64,000 nt of DNA from a virus. Under the pieces are notes generated by a model, which was not told the origin of the DNA, ran no database searches, and saw only the letters and a program-made list of their open reading frames with translations. Both the position numbers and the translations under genes were made by a program. Numbering within the stretch: position 1 is the first letter of the stretch; every line of letters begins with the position of its first letter. The DNA lies in the IMG/VR virus record IMGVR_UViG_3300022074_000019, positions 1 to 64,000 of that record; one strand, 5' to 3'. Below are positions 55,276 to 64,000 of the stretch, piece after piece.

Positions 55276-57125
55276 CAGAACATGCCTGCCAATCCGCGTG
55301 CATATTTACTCTGTCGTGCTGCCTTCTTGTCATCTTCAATTGTTGCCTGCTGCATAGTTTTACGCTCTTGACTTCCAGTTGTTTCAATCTTGCGAACATC
55401 TTGATCGCCCTGTCCAGCAATTTGTTCGAGAGCTTGTTTGCCTCTCTGTTCACCCATGCGGAAATCTTGATCACCTTGTCCAGTGATTTGTTCAAGAGCT
55501 TGCTTACCTTTAATACCTTGGAGAGCACGATCAGCAAAAGCTTGGGCATCAATCTTTCGAACGTCCTGATCACCTTGGCCTGCAATCTGCTCAAGAGCTT
55601 GCTTGCCTTTTTGATCTTGAAGACGAATGTCTTGATCCCCTTGAGCCTTAATGCTAAGGCGTTGTTGATTACCTTGAGCACCAATCTGCTTTAAAGCTTC
55701 AATGCCTTGTGCACCAATTTGATCCAACTTGCCTTGGTTATCAAGTTCTTTAAGTGCCTTATCAACATCACCCTGTTCAAGGATTTGATCAATTGCACCA
55801 GAGTTTTTTAGTGCTTGTAGCTCTTGATCATTTAAGCCCGATTGCTTAAGTTGATCCAAAGCTTGCTTACCCCTTATATTCTGAAGCTTCGCATCGACAT
55901 TACCCTGTCTGTCGATCTTTTGAAGATCGATCTTACCCTGAGTGCTTAACTGTTGAATTTTTTGTCTACCATCTTCTGACTTCAACCACTTGTCAATGCC
56001 ACCTTGAGCATTGATTTTTTTAATGTCAATGTCACCTTGCTTGACAAGCTGCTGAAGAGCTTGCTTGCCCTTCATTCCCTGAAGAGCTTTATCAATATTG
56101 CCTTGTGCGCCAATCTGCCGAAGAGCCTGCTTACCCTTCATTCCTTGCAGAGCTTTATCGATGGCACCTTGGGCACCAATCTGCTTCATAGCTTGCCGAC
56201 CTTTAGTGGATTGCAGCCACTTGTCAATTCCGCCTTGACGGTCAATCTGCTTAAGTGCACCTCTATCTCTAAGTGCTTGCAGCTGCCGGTCGTTTACACC
56301 AGACTGCTTCAGTTGCTCAAGGGCTTGATCCCCTTTTAAACCTTGAAGTGCTCTGTCTTGCCGTCCGGAAGTTCTGATCTGGCTAATAGCCTGCTTACCT
56401 TTTGTAGATTGCATCCACTTGTCAATGCCGCCTTGCTCTTGAATTTGCTGCAAGGCTCCAGAAGTCTTCAATTGTTGCAGCTGTTGATCGTTAAAGCCAG
56501 ACTGCTTTAACTGGTTCATTGCTTGGGCACCTTTGATGTCTTGCAGATTAACATCTTGCCGACCTTGAGTGCGAATGTTCAGACGATTCTGTTGACCTTC
56601 AAGTCTAGTTTGGTTTTGCTGAATGTCTCCACGTAGTGCAAGTTGATTGTTTAATCGATTTGCTTCGTCCTTTGCAAATTGCTCTTGAAAGTCATACTCG
56701 GCACCCATCTTGGTCATGCCATAGTTGAATTCCTTTTCCATGATGCCACTCTTGTTGCCAAACTCAAGTCCGGCAGCAACAGCCATCTGATTGGTGGCTA
56801 TACCGGCATTAGTCAGTGCAATTTCTTGTGCTTGCTGAGTATTCATTGCACCTTGGATTGCATTCGACATGAACGTGTTCTTGATAGCAGCGCCTGCCGG
56901 ATCATCAGTTGAGTCAGGCTGCCATTTAAAGAACTTATCCATCATGCTCGCAAAATTAAACATGCCTGTATTTCTACTGCCCTGATTAGACGTGCCCCGC
57001 TGGCTATCTTGCTGAGCCTTAAGCTCCTTATAACGCTTCGCATCAGCAGCATCCCAATTGGGACTACCACCCATGGCTTTTTTGACTAGAGCTGGATCTA
57101 ACCCCGGGGGTGGTTTTCTCGCCAT
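55275..57125 (-). CDS. Gln-rich protein with about 39 tandem 11-aa repeats (candidate DNA-ejection conduit)
   Basis: Gap-free hendecads such as QGDQDVRKIDA and KGKQALEQIAG. Confidence 0.8.
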   Translation of the reverse strand: MARKPPPGLDPALVKKAMGGSPNWDAADAKRYKELKAQQDSQRGTSNQGSRNTGMFNFASMMDKFFKWQPDSTDDPAGAAIKNTFMSNAIQGAMNTQQAQEIALTNAGIATNQMAVAAGLEFGNKSGIMEKEFNYGMTKMGAEYDFQEQFAKDEANRLNNQLALRGDIQQNQTRLEGQQNRLNIRTQGRQDVNLQDIKGAQAMNQLKQSGFNDQQLQQLKTSGALQQIQEQGGIDKWMQSTKGKQAISQIRTSGRQDRALQGLKGDQALEQLKQSGVNDRQLQALRDRGALKQIDRQGGIDKWLQSTKGRQAMKQIGAQGAIDKALQGMKGKQALRQIGAQGNIDKALQGMKGKQALQQLVKQGDIDIKKINAQGGIDKWLKSEDGRQKIQQLSTQGKIDLQKIDRQGNVDAKLQNIRGKQALDQLKQSGLNDQELQALKNSGAIDQILEQGDVDKALKELDNQGKLDQIGAQGIEALKQIGAQGNQQRLSIKAQGDQDIRLQDQKGKQALEQIAGQGDQDVRKIDAQAFADRALQGIKGKQALEQITGQGDQDFRMGEQRGKQALEQIAGQGDQDVRKIETTGSQERKTMQQATIEDDKKAARQSKYARGLAGMF

Positions 57126-57191
57126 TTCAATCTACTTAAGCATTGTCTATATTCTACAAAGTTAGAATAGGACTATTGCATAGACGAAGGT

Positions 57192-58124
57192 ATGTCATTT
57201 ATTCAAGCTGGTAATGAAGCTGTTCGTGCTGCATTAAAAGCAAGAATTGCTGCTGAACGGAATAAACCTAAATACGACCGATTTGGTAAACAAGCTATTC
57301 AAGATCAGACTGCGCAAGATCTCCTTTCAATGGAGATTCGTGGACGTGCTCAACAGGCTGCTATGGCTGTAAAGTCTAATCAAAAAACACGAGAAATAAA
57401 TAGAGAGGCGGAAGAGTTTGCTAAAGAGCAAGTTCGCAGTGCAAAGATGGCAGGTAAGTTGGCTGGTGGAGCTGCTTTGATTGGAAGCTCTTATTTCATG
57501 AGTAAGCGCAAGGATGAAGCGGATGGAAGAATCAGTATGCTTCAGGACTTTATTGATAAAAATAATGAATTAGGCCGTAGAGATCAAGAGGAATATAATC
57601 AACGATCAACTGAATCTCCCACTGAAACAGTAAGTGAGAATGATGCTTCTACTACTTCCTTATCAGGAAGTTATCCGACACCTAGTTCTAAAGAGACTTT
57701 GTCTGAATCATTTCCAAAGCCTATTTCCTCTGGTCAGGCAATGTCTGCAGGTCTAGGTTCATACAAAGGTGGACCTAAGGCCACACAGGCTCAAATGACT
57801 AAGTTTGCAGAGCAGGCAGGCTTTAGTCCTGAGAATGCAAAGATTATGGCAGCAATTGCAATGGGTGAATCTGGCGGACGTCTAAAAATCGATACAGTCC
57901 AATCTGGACTTGATCCCAATATGAAAAATGAGTTTTCTGTTGGTGCTACTCAAATCAACGTTCAGGCACATGGAGACAAGCTTGCAAAACTTGGGTATAC
58001 AGCCGATGATCTACGAGATCCTGTCAAGAATTTCCAAGTTGCCAAAATGGTTTACGACGAGATGGGCTCGTTCTCGCCGTGGAGCGTTTATAAATCTGGA
58101 GACTACAAACAGTATCTTGATTAA
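57192..58124 (+). CDS. Virion-associated lytic transglycosylase (lysozyme-like C-terminal domain)
   Basis: AIAMGESGG, SVGATQIN and PWSVY. Confidence 0.8.
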   Translation: MSFIQAGNEAVRAALKARIAAERNKPKYDRFGKQAIQDQTAQDLLSMEIRGRAQQAAMAVKSNQKTREINREAEEFAKEQVRSAKMAGKLAGGAALIGSSYFMSKRKDEADGRISMLQDFIDKNNELGRRDQEEYNQRSTESPTETVSENDASTTSLSGSYPTPSSKETLSESFPKPISSGQAMSAGLGSYKGGPKATQAQMTKFAEQAGFSPENAKIMAAIAMGESGGRLKIDTVQSGLDPNMKNEFSVGATQINVQAHGDKLAKLGYTADDLRDPVKNFQVAKMVYDEMGSFSPWSVYKSGDYKQYLD

Positions 58125-58831
58125 ATCGTGAAACCTTGGCCTAGATTTCGTAGTCCAGCCATTAAGGTCATAAACATACGATCTTTGCGCTCTTGTGCTT
58201 TTAGTTTGTCAGCTTGCTGAAGCTGCATAATTTGTAGCTGATAATTTCTGTTTTGAGCCGCTCTGTTATCAGCACGATCTTGATACTGCAATCTCATACG
58301 TTCGTCATAACGCTTTTGTTCTTGGATTCTGGCATTTTCTTTTTCTTTTTTCGCTTCTGCAACCTGTCTTTGACTGTCAGCAGCTCGAAGAGCATTAATA
58401 GTAGAGACAGTCGCTCCAGGTCCTAGCTTAGTGAGATCTAATCCAGGATTAGTGATTTGAGCTTCAGCCAAAGCTTGCCCCGTTAGTTGCATTTCAAGCA
58501 ATCGATTTTTAGCAGCTACAGCAGTTTCACCTTCCTGAACTTGTAAAGCTTCTTCGGTAGTATTTATACCAGGAATAATGTCTCCTAGCTGCCGAGCTTT
58601 TAATCTTTCTTGAGACAGTAATTCGTTGAGGTCATTACGCTTAATTTCTGCAGCTCTTTGACGTAAGGCTTCTTCTGAGAATTGATCACCTTTTCCTAAC
58701 AAAAAGGCAGCACCTTGACGAAACCGATCACCAATATCAAAGCCGTCTTTAAATTTCTTTCTATCTTTTGTTAGCTCTTCACCGCTAGCAACTTCATCTT
58801 GATCAAGAATATTAAAAATGTCGATACTCAT
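58121..58831 (-). CDS. Coiled-coil hypothetical protein (possible internal virion protein)
   Basis: Operon context. Confidence 0.65.
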   Translation of the reverse strand: MSIDIFNILDQDEVASGEELTKDRKKFKDGFDIGDRFRQGAAFLLGKGDQFSEEALRQRAAEIKRNDLNELLSQERLKARQLGDIIPGINTTEEALQVQEGETAVAAKNRLLEMQLTGQALAEAQITNPGLDLTKLGPGATVSTINALRAADSQRQVAEAKKEKENARIQEQKRYDERMRLQYQDRADNRAAQNRNYQLQIMQLQQADKLKAQERKDRMFMTLMAGLRNLGQGFTI

Positions 58832-59355
58832 CAGAACATTCCTCCACGAAGTGCTGCCAAAGCTTCTTCCATTCTACGTTGTTCTGGTGTCTTTCTATCT
58901 CCAAGAATGAACTGTGTGGCATCACTTGCCATCTTGCCCAGGCCAACACCTGCAGCAGTTCCAAGAGGGCCACCAACAGAACCAAGTGCACCACCAATCA
59001 TCATGGCAGTTGCATCCATTGCTTTGTTTGCACCACTCTCTTGACCAAACACAAGGTCACCAACTGCCATTGCACCGCCTAAGGCACCCAAGCCAGGTGC
59101 CAGAACTCTTGCTGCAGCACCTACTTTTGCCATGCCGGGAAGTGAGCCCAAAGCTGCACCTGCAGAACCAGCCATTTTGCGTCCACCTTTGCCGACTGCA
59201 CGGCCAGCTACCGCTTTTGCTTGGCGAGTGGGTTGCTCAAGTCCTCCATATAGCTGAGCTACTAAATCTCCATACACTTCAGCTCCTTCCTGAGCAAGGA
59301 CACGGCCTCCTTGCATTTCACGTAGCAGTAGCTCTTTTTCTAGCTGGGTCATCAC
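58831..59355 (-). CDS. Gly-zipper hypothetical protein
   Basis: Gly/Ala-rich hydrophobic helices. Confidence 0.65.
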   Translation of the reverse strand: MMTQLEKELLLREMQGGRVLAQEGAEVYGDLVAQLYGGLEQPTRQAKAVAGRAVGKGGRKMAGSAGAALGSLPGMAKVGAAARVLAPGLGALGGAMAVGDLVFGQESGANKAMDATAMMIGGALGSVGGPLGTAAGVGLGKMASDATQFILGDRKTPEQRRMEEALAALRGGMF

Positions 59356-60017
59356 TTAACTCCTTGTAGAGCTTCTTTTGCTTCAAGACGAGTAACCTTG
59401 GTTTCTAGCTGTTGAACTGCACGAACCAAAAGGCCAATTAGATCACCAGTATCAATACATAGTTTATCAATTGTGGGATCATGATAAGTTGCATCAGGCA
59501 GTACCTGTTGGTATTCCTGTGCAATAAAGCCGTGATGAACACGATTATAGTCAGTGCTGTACTCTTCTTTGTAATTGAAGGTTACTGGGCGCAAGTTACG
59601 CAGCATACTCAATGCGTCTTCAATTCGTTCAATGTTTTCTTTTGTATCTTCGTCAGAGAGTACAGCTGAAGCAATCAATGTGCCTCCAGCTTGAATTATA
59701 GAACCCATTTTACTTTTATTTGCTGCGTCTGATACTCCATCTTTATAGGATTCTGCGTCTTCCTTAGCTTGTATGACTTGTTGTGCAGCTTTTAGTCCTG
59801 AGTCTCGAACACCGTGAATAACTTTCATTTGGCCACGATTTAGTGCGCCAATACGTGCTTGTCCTGCTTCTGCAAGACCACTAAAGTCAGGCTTATTGTC
59901 TTCTAAGAAACTGTAGCTGTCAGCAACTGTTGCTTGCCCTGCAGCACCAGTACCGCCAGTCATACTGCGGTGTTCGCTTAAATTGAAATCACTAAACCTT
60001 AGATCACCAAAAGCCAT
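59352..60017 (-). CDS. Protein with a C-terminal peptidase S74 chaperone domain
   Basis: LSDEDTKENI, LRPVTFNYK, GFIAQE and LVRAVQQL. Confidence 0.8.
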   Translation of the reverse strand: MAFGDLRFSDFNLSEHRSMTGGTGAAGQATVADSYSFLEDNKPDFSGLAEAGQARIGALNRGQMKVIHGVRDSGLKAAQQVIQAKEDAESYKDGVSDAANKSKMGSIIQAGGTLIASAVLSDEDTKENIERIEDALSMLRNLRPVTFNYKEEYSTDYNRVHHGFIAQEYQQVLPDATYHDPTIDKLCIDTGDLIGLLVRAVQQLETKVTRLEAKEALQGVK

Positions 60018-60046
60018 TGCACTATTGCTTATCTCTTACTAGTTTA

Positions 60047-60478
60047 TCAAGGCTTAAAAATCGAATATCCAATATCTTGTGTGTAAAATTCACCAGGACT
60101 CATTCCTCCAAAAATAGTATCTTTATTGAACGCATCACTATATGTTCCTATTTTTGGCCCTTCTAATTTAATAGGTTTTTTGCCAAAAACTCCGCCTTTA
60201 ATTGCAGAGCCACTAATATTTCCAACCGCTCCTGCAAATGCTCCAGTCAGTCGAGCATCTGCTTGTTCTGCCACTCCAAATGCCTCAGCATCTCTTGCAT
60301 ATCTTGCAGCTTCATTTCGAGCAATTGTATTAAGAGCATTAGCTTGAGCTTCACCCATGGTTCCCATGGTTGCTAGATCTTGATCTACAGCATCTTTAAT
60401 GCCACGTCCGCCAATTTCGTCATAACCTGCATTCTTTGCCATAAATGATGCAAGACCAGGGGGATTAGCAAAGCGCAT
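60047..60478 (-). CDS. Hypothetical protein (N-terminal paralogue of 57192 and 59352)
   Basis: YDEIGGRGIKDAVDQDL... Confidence 0.65.
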   Translation of the reverse strand: MRFANPPGLASFMAKNAGYDEIGGRGIKDAVDQDLATMGTMGEAQANALNTIARNEAARYARDAEAFGVAEQADARLTGAFAGAVGNISGSAIKGGVFGKKPIKLEGPKIGTYSDAFNKDTIFGGMSPGEFYTQDIGYSIFKP

Positions 60479-60506
60479 GGTTCTTAATCTTCGTTTCTAC
60501 AGTTTA

Positions 60507-61664
60507 TCAAAACTGTGGATTATTCAATTGATTTTCTACGGTGTTACGCCGACGTCGCTCCTCCTCAAGTAAGTTTCCTGCAATTTGACCAGCTGCAAGT
60601 CCAGTCACACCGCCAACAAAACCACCACGGATTGGCTTTTTACTTCTAACACCTGCAACACCGCCTGCTAATGCACCAAGATATGGAACGATGCCTGTAG
60701 TTACTGGAAGACTACGTCCAAGGAATTGCAGTTCAGGTCCGTGCACCCCCTCACTAGTAGTTTTCACAACACCACCAGGAAGTCCAAACTTGCCATCATC
60801 AAATGGATTCAAGTCGATCCCTTTGTCATATTTAAACGCTTGATAAGCTCTGTACTCTTCAGGTGATACATCTGGACGAACCTCTTTGAACTCACTATAT
60901 GGAAGCATCTTTCCAGTAGAGCCCATTAGATATTTCAGTCCTACTTCGCCAAGGACGTTTGCTGTTTTTGTTGGATCCTCTTCACTAGGAAGCGCAGCCT
61001 TATAACCTTCTGCTCCACCAAATGGTGTTAGCAAACCAAGTCCAGTGTTGATCGCAATTCCTGTAGGAATACCAAGTGCAGCTAAATACCCAGGTTCAAA
61101 GTTTCGTTTTTGTACATTGCCTTCACTATCAATACTTACACCTTTACGTGGGTTCCCAGCATCGTCTAAATACTTACCACCTTTAGGGGTAGTCTTGATC
61201 TTACCTACGGTCCTCTTTCCATAAAGAGAGGGATTAGCCAGGCCCATTGCGGACTCTGCAATTACATTGCCTGTAGCCTGTGCAGCATTCAGAAGCCAAT
61301 AGAAGTTACGAGTATTGTCCTGTGTCACGTCTGCAGCCACAGTTCCTAACATCTGTCCAGACCTAGGACCAATGCCTTGTCTAGCACCTATACCCAAATC
61401 CTCTCGAATCATCCGAGCGTCCCTCTCTTTTTTTGAGAGAGTTTTTAGCCCCATATTCATAAGGGCATCATCAATAGCTTCTTTTGTTCGAATGCCGGTT
61501 GGATATGCACCAGCCATTTCTGACATTCGTGGAGCATTCTCAGATTGACCAGCTGCTTTGCGTCCTTCACGATATGCCTTAGACCACTCTTCCCTACCTT
61601 CACCGTAAGCTTCTCTTGTCGCATCCAAGAATCCTCCAAGATTTAGTGGCAATCGTCTAGCCAT
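60507..61664 (-). CDS. Hypothetical protein with hydrophobic Gly-rich segments
   Basis: 385-aa ORF. Confidence 0.7.
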   Translation of the reverse strand: MARRLPLNLGGFLDATREAYGEGREEWSKAYREGRKAAGQSENAPRMSEMAGAYPTGIRTKEAIDDALMNMGLKTLSKKERDARMIREDLGIGARQGIGPRSGQMLGTVAADVTQDNTRNFYWLLNAAQATGNVIAESAMGLANPSLYGKRTVGKIKTTPKGGKYLDDAGNPRKGVSIDSEGNVQKRNFEPGYLAALGIPTGIAINTGLGLLTPFGGAEGYKAALPSEEDPTKTANVLGEVGLKYLMGSTGKMLPYSEFKEVRPDVSPEEYRAYQAFKYDKGIDLNPFDDGKFGLPGGVVKTTSEGVHGPELQFLGRSLPVTTGIVPYLGALAGGVAGVRSKKPIRGGFVGGVTGLAAGQIAGNLLEEERRRRNTVENQLNNPQF

Positions 61665-62182
61665 TACGCAACTCCATAACCAGTAGTGGGATCTGCATAC
61701 TGTTCACGTGTGCCTGGAAGCAATCCATACTGAGCAAGGATCTGTCGCTCAAGGTCTGCAGCAAATGCAGCTTGTTGTTCTGCACCCATGCGTTCAAAGG
61801 GTGTTAGGCCTTGCCCACCCATGACTAGGTCCTTCCCTCGCATGATTTGATCTCCTACTGCCATGCCGGCAACATCACCCCCAAAAGATCCAGCGAAGTC
61901 TGCAATATTTTGAACTGTCATATTGTTTCTCATTCCTGGCAATGCTCCAACAGCTCGGCCTGTAGCTAAACCACCAAGGCCGCCACCGATAGCACTAGCA
62001 CCGCCTGCAATTAGTTTATCTCCAAGATCTCCAGGAGTTTGTGTAGCAGCAAGGACACCGAAGATAGCATCAGGTGCAAGACGTCCTGCAATTTGTTCTT
62101 TAGTCATTCCACCAAACAAAAGATCTTTTGAGGTTCCCCCAAGTTTTTTAAGCAGCTCTCCTGCCATTCGTGCTTTCGACAT
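61664..62182 (-). CDS. Gly-zipper hypothetical protein
   Basis: MSKARMAG start. Confidence 0.65.
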   Translation of the reverse strand: MSKARMAGELLKKLGGTSKDLLFGGMTKEQIAGRLAPDAIFGVLAATQTPGDLGDKLIAGGASAIGGGLGGLATGRAVGALPGMRNNMTVQNIADFAGSFGGDVAGMAVGDQIMRGKDLVMGGQGLTPFERMGAEQQAAFAADLERQILAQYGLLPGTREQYADPTTGYGVA

Positions 62183-62469
62183 TAGCCTGCCCCCATTTGA
62201 ATTTTGGCTTGATTGAATTGCATCCCTTGATTAGATTGTGCAAATTGTTGGTTCCATGTGTTTACCCTATTTGCAAGTACTGGATCTTGCATCAACTCCA
62301 TTGCAAATGCTCCTCCAGGACCAGCCATTCGAATACCAGATGTTTTATCTAGATCTTGTGCAGGCTTAGAAAATGCAGCTCCGCCCTCAGTAGCAAAGTT
62401 ACTTGGAGTTTCCTCAAGCTGCCTCTTGATAAGGTTCCCCTGCTTTACTTGTTCAGGATCAAAGCTCAT
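62182..62469 (-). CDS. Hypothetical protein
   Basis: Coupled ORF; IRMAG motif. Confidence 0.65.
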   Translation of the reverse strand: MSFDPEQVKQGNLIKRQLEETPSNFATEGGAAFSKPAQDLDKTSGIRMAGPGGAFAMELMQDPVLANRVNTWNQQFAQSNQGMQFNQAKIQMGAG

Positions 62470-63998
62470 CAGAATCTCCGGGGCATACGGCCAACATTGC
62501 TGGGATTAGCCATGGTGTATTGGCTAACAGTTCGCTCTTGTTCTTGACGCTTCTTGGCATCACGATTAGCACGCTCTTGAGTGAGTTGTGCTTTTACTAC
62601 TTTACCGCGTAGATCTTGTTCATCGACGGGCATGATGCGACCGCCAGACTTTTTGGCACGTTCGACTTGATTCAGACGTTCCTTCTCTCGCAGTGCTTTT
62701 TCAATCTCAACAGGATCGGTTTGACGTGTTCTGTTGTAGCGAGTCTTGTAACCTGGGCCAGCATCTTGTTCAACACCTCGCTTACCGGTTTTTTTGTCAA
62801 TTACTTCAACAGCACCGATGAATGGCTGACGAGCACCGGGGCTGGTAAGACGTCGGAATGATGAGCCAATGTCTTTACCTTCCATCTGCTGACCAGGCTG
62901 AATTCTTGCAACAGGCGCTTGCCCATCACGGGGGTTAATAGCCTCTGGAGAATTGAAGAAAACTTTTGCACCACCTTCTGTGGTCAGAATGGTCTTGTCG
63001 GGGAACTCGCGGAACTGAGTGGGTTGCAACGAACCCATAGGTCCTGTCCGAGTGAAGTATTGCTGCTTGCCTTGCTGGTTGATGCCAGCATTTTTAGCAA
63101 CTTCCATCTGGTACAAAGCGTTAGCTAGCTGTGCTTCTTCTGCAGGTGTGTAACGCATGCGGTTCAGTACACCGCGAACGTCTGGTTGGGCCTGACGCAC
63201 ACTCCTCAGTTTCCCAGTAGCAGGATCCATTTCTTTCGTGGAGAACTTGCCACCCCGAGCAACCATCATGTCGGTCACACGCTGCAGTTCGTCAACGCTA
63301 CGGATGTTGGTAGAAATGTTGTTGAAACCTTCTTGTCCCTTCAGGCGGTTAGCAAACAAAGTAGTGGTTCCGGTCACGTCCACCTGGGGGTAGTCACCAA
63401 AACTACGTCCACCTTCTCGGTAGCCCGGTTGCTTTTGCACCATGAACGCACGTGATGTCATGGGTGCATTTAGAGCTGAACCTGCGTCAGTGTTTGGTGT
63501 CACATACTCAGGCCCTTGAACTGCCAAGGTATTGCCTGTTTGCGGATCCAGAGCTACTCCATCATTCCGGAATAGTGCTGATGGGTAGGTAATGTTTGCA
63601 CCTGTGCGGCGAATCGCGTCTAGAGCTTCGTCTGCAGCCACCGCAGGGAGCTGTGCTCCTGGGAAAACTGAAGATGGGCGGTACATAGTCTCGCCAATGT
63701 CTTCAGCTTCAATGGAAGCCATGATGTTGTTGTATGCGGCCCGTCGTCCAGACATGCCAGCTAAGTCGCGCTCATTTAACCGACGCGCAGCGTCGGCCTG
63801 AATCGCTTTTTCTGCAGCAGGATTGAGCTGATCCTCTAGCCGGGTCTGAGCATCTTCGAAACCAGCGGGGTTGCCACTTCCACCAAACACTTGTGCGATG
63901 GCACCCTGAAGACCTTTCTGCTCTTGGGCAGATGCATTCAATTCGTTTAGGGCATCTTGCATCACAGACTTTGGTGCAATGGTGGGACGCTCAGCCCC
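62469..63998 (-). CDS. 3' part of a large hypothetical (internal virion-like) protein; open to the window edge
   Basis: No in-frame stop between 63965 and 64000. Confidence 0.7.
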   Translation of the reverse strand, partial: GAERPTIAPKSVMQDALNELNASAQEQKGLQGAIAQVFGGSGNPAGFEDAQTRLEDQLNPAAEKAIQADAARRLNERDLAGMSGRRAAYNNIMASIEAEDIGETMYRPSSVFPGAQLPAVAADEALDAIRRTGANITYPSALFRNDGVALDPQTGNTLAVQGPEYVTPNTDAGSALNAPMTSRAFMVQKQPGYREGGRSFGDYPQVDVTGTTTLFANRLKGQEGFNNISTNIRSVDELQRVTDMMVARGGKFSTKEMDPATGKLRSVRQAQPDVRGVLNRMRYTPAEEAQLANALYQMEVAKNAGINQQGKQQYFTRTGPMGSLQPTQFREFPDKTILTTEGGAKVFFNSPEAINPRDGQAPVARIQPGQQMEGKDIGSSFRRLTSPGARQPFIGAVEVIDKKTGKRGVEQDAGPGYKTRYNRTRQTDPVEIEKALREKERLNQVERAKKSGGRIMPVDEQDLRGKVVKAQLTQERANRDAKKRQEQERTVSQYTMANPSNVGRMPRRF

Positions 63999-64000
63999 TT

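Overview
This window is about 64 kb of a dsDNA phage genome, almost certainly a marine cyanophage, since it carries psbA, hli, talC, two NblA-like genes and a glutamine riboswitch. It has two arms that converge at about 23,275. The + strand arm (0.5-23.3 kb) holds host-takeover and auxiliary genes (RHH regulator, DUF932, RlpA, psbA, talC, hli, thioredoxin, IF-1), nucleotide metabolism genes (MazG-like, compact class I RNR alpha/beta, ThyX) and replication genes (two SSB-like proteins, PD-(D/E)XK exonuclease, AEP primase-VirE helicase, and a T7-type PolA split into separate exonuclease and polymerase genes). The mainly - strand arm holds NblA-like genes, HNH nucleases, a tyrosine recombinase, Lys-rich microproteins, a GH19 endolysin, tail fibres, major capsid, an RpoD-like sigma factor, scaffold, portal, terminase and probable internal/ejection proteins. 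Main observations: (1) a cassette of four apparently catalytically dead enzyme homologues between primase and polymerase; (2) two homologous iteron/AT-core elements in inverted orientation 25 kb apart, one abutting the recombinase gene; (3) six co-oriented GCCGGY-TAAC-RCCGGC hairpins with compensatory changes; (4) a recurrent [RK]-[MLK]-A-G peptide motif and other shared modules across many late proteins; (5) a Gln-rich protein of about 39 uninterrupted 11-residue repeats; (6) a -10-only TAVAATAG late-promoter motif; (7) a 446-nt portal/scaffold dual-coding overlap. All family assignments come from motif recognition by eye; no database search was run.
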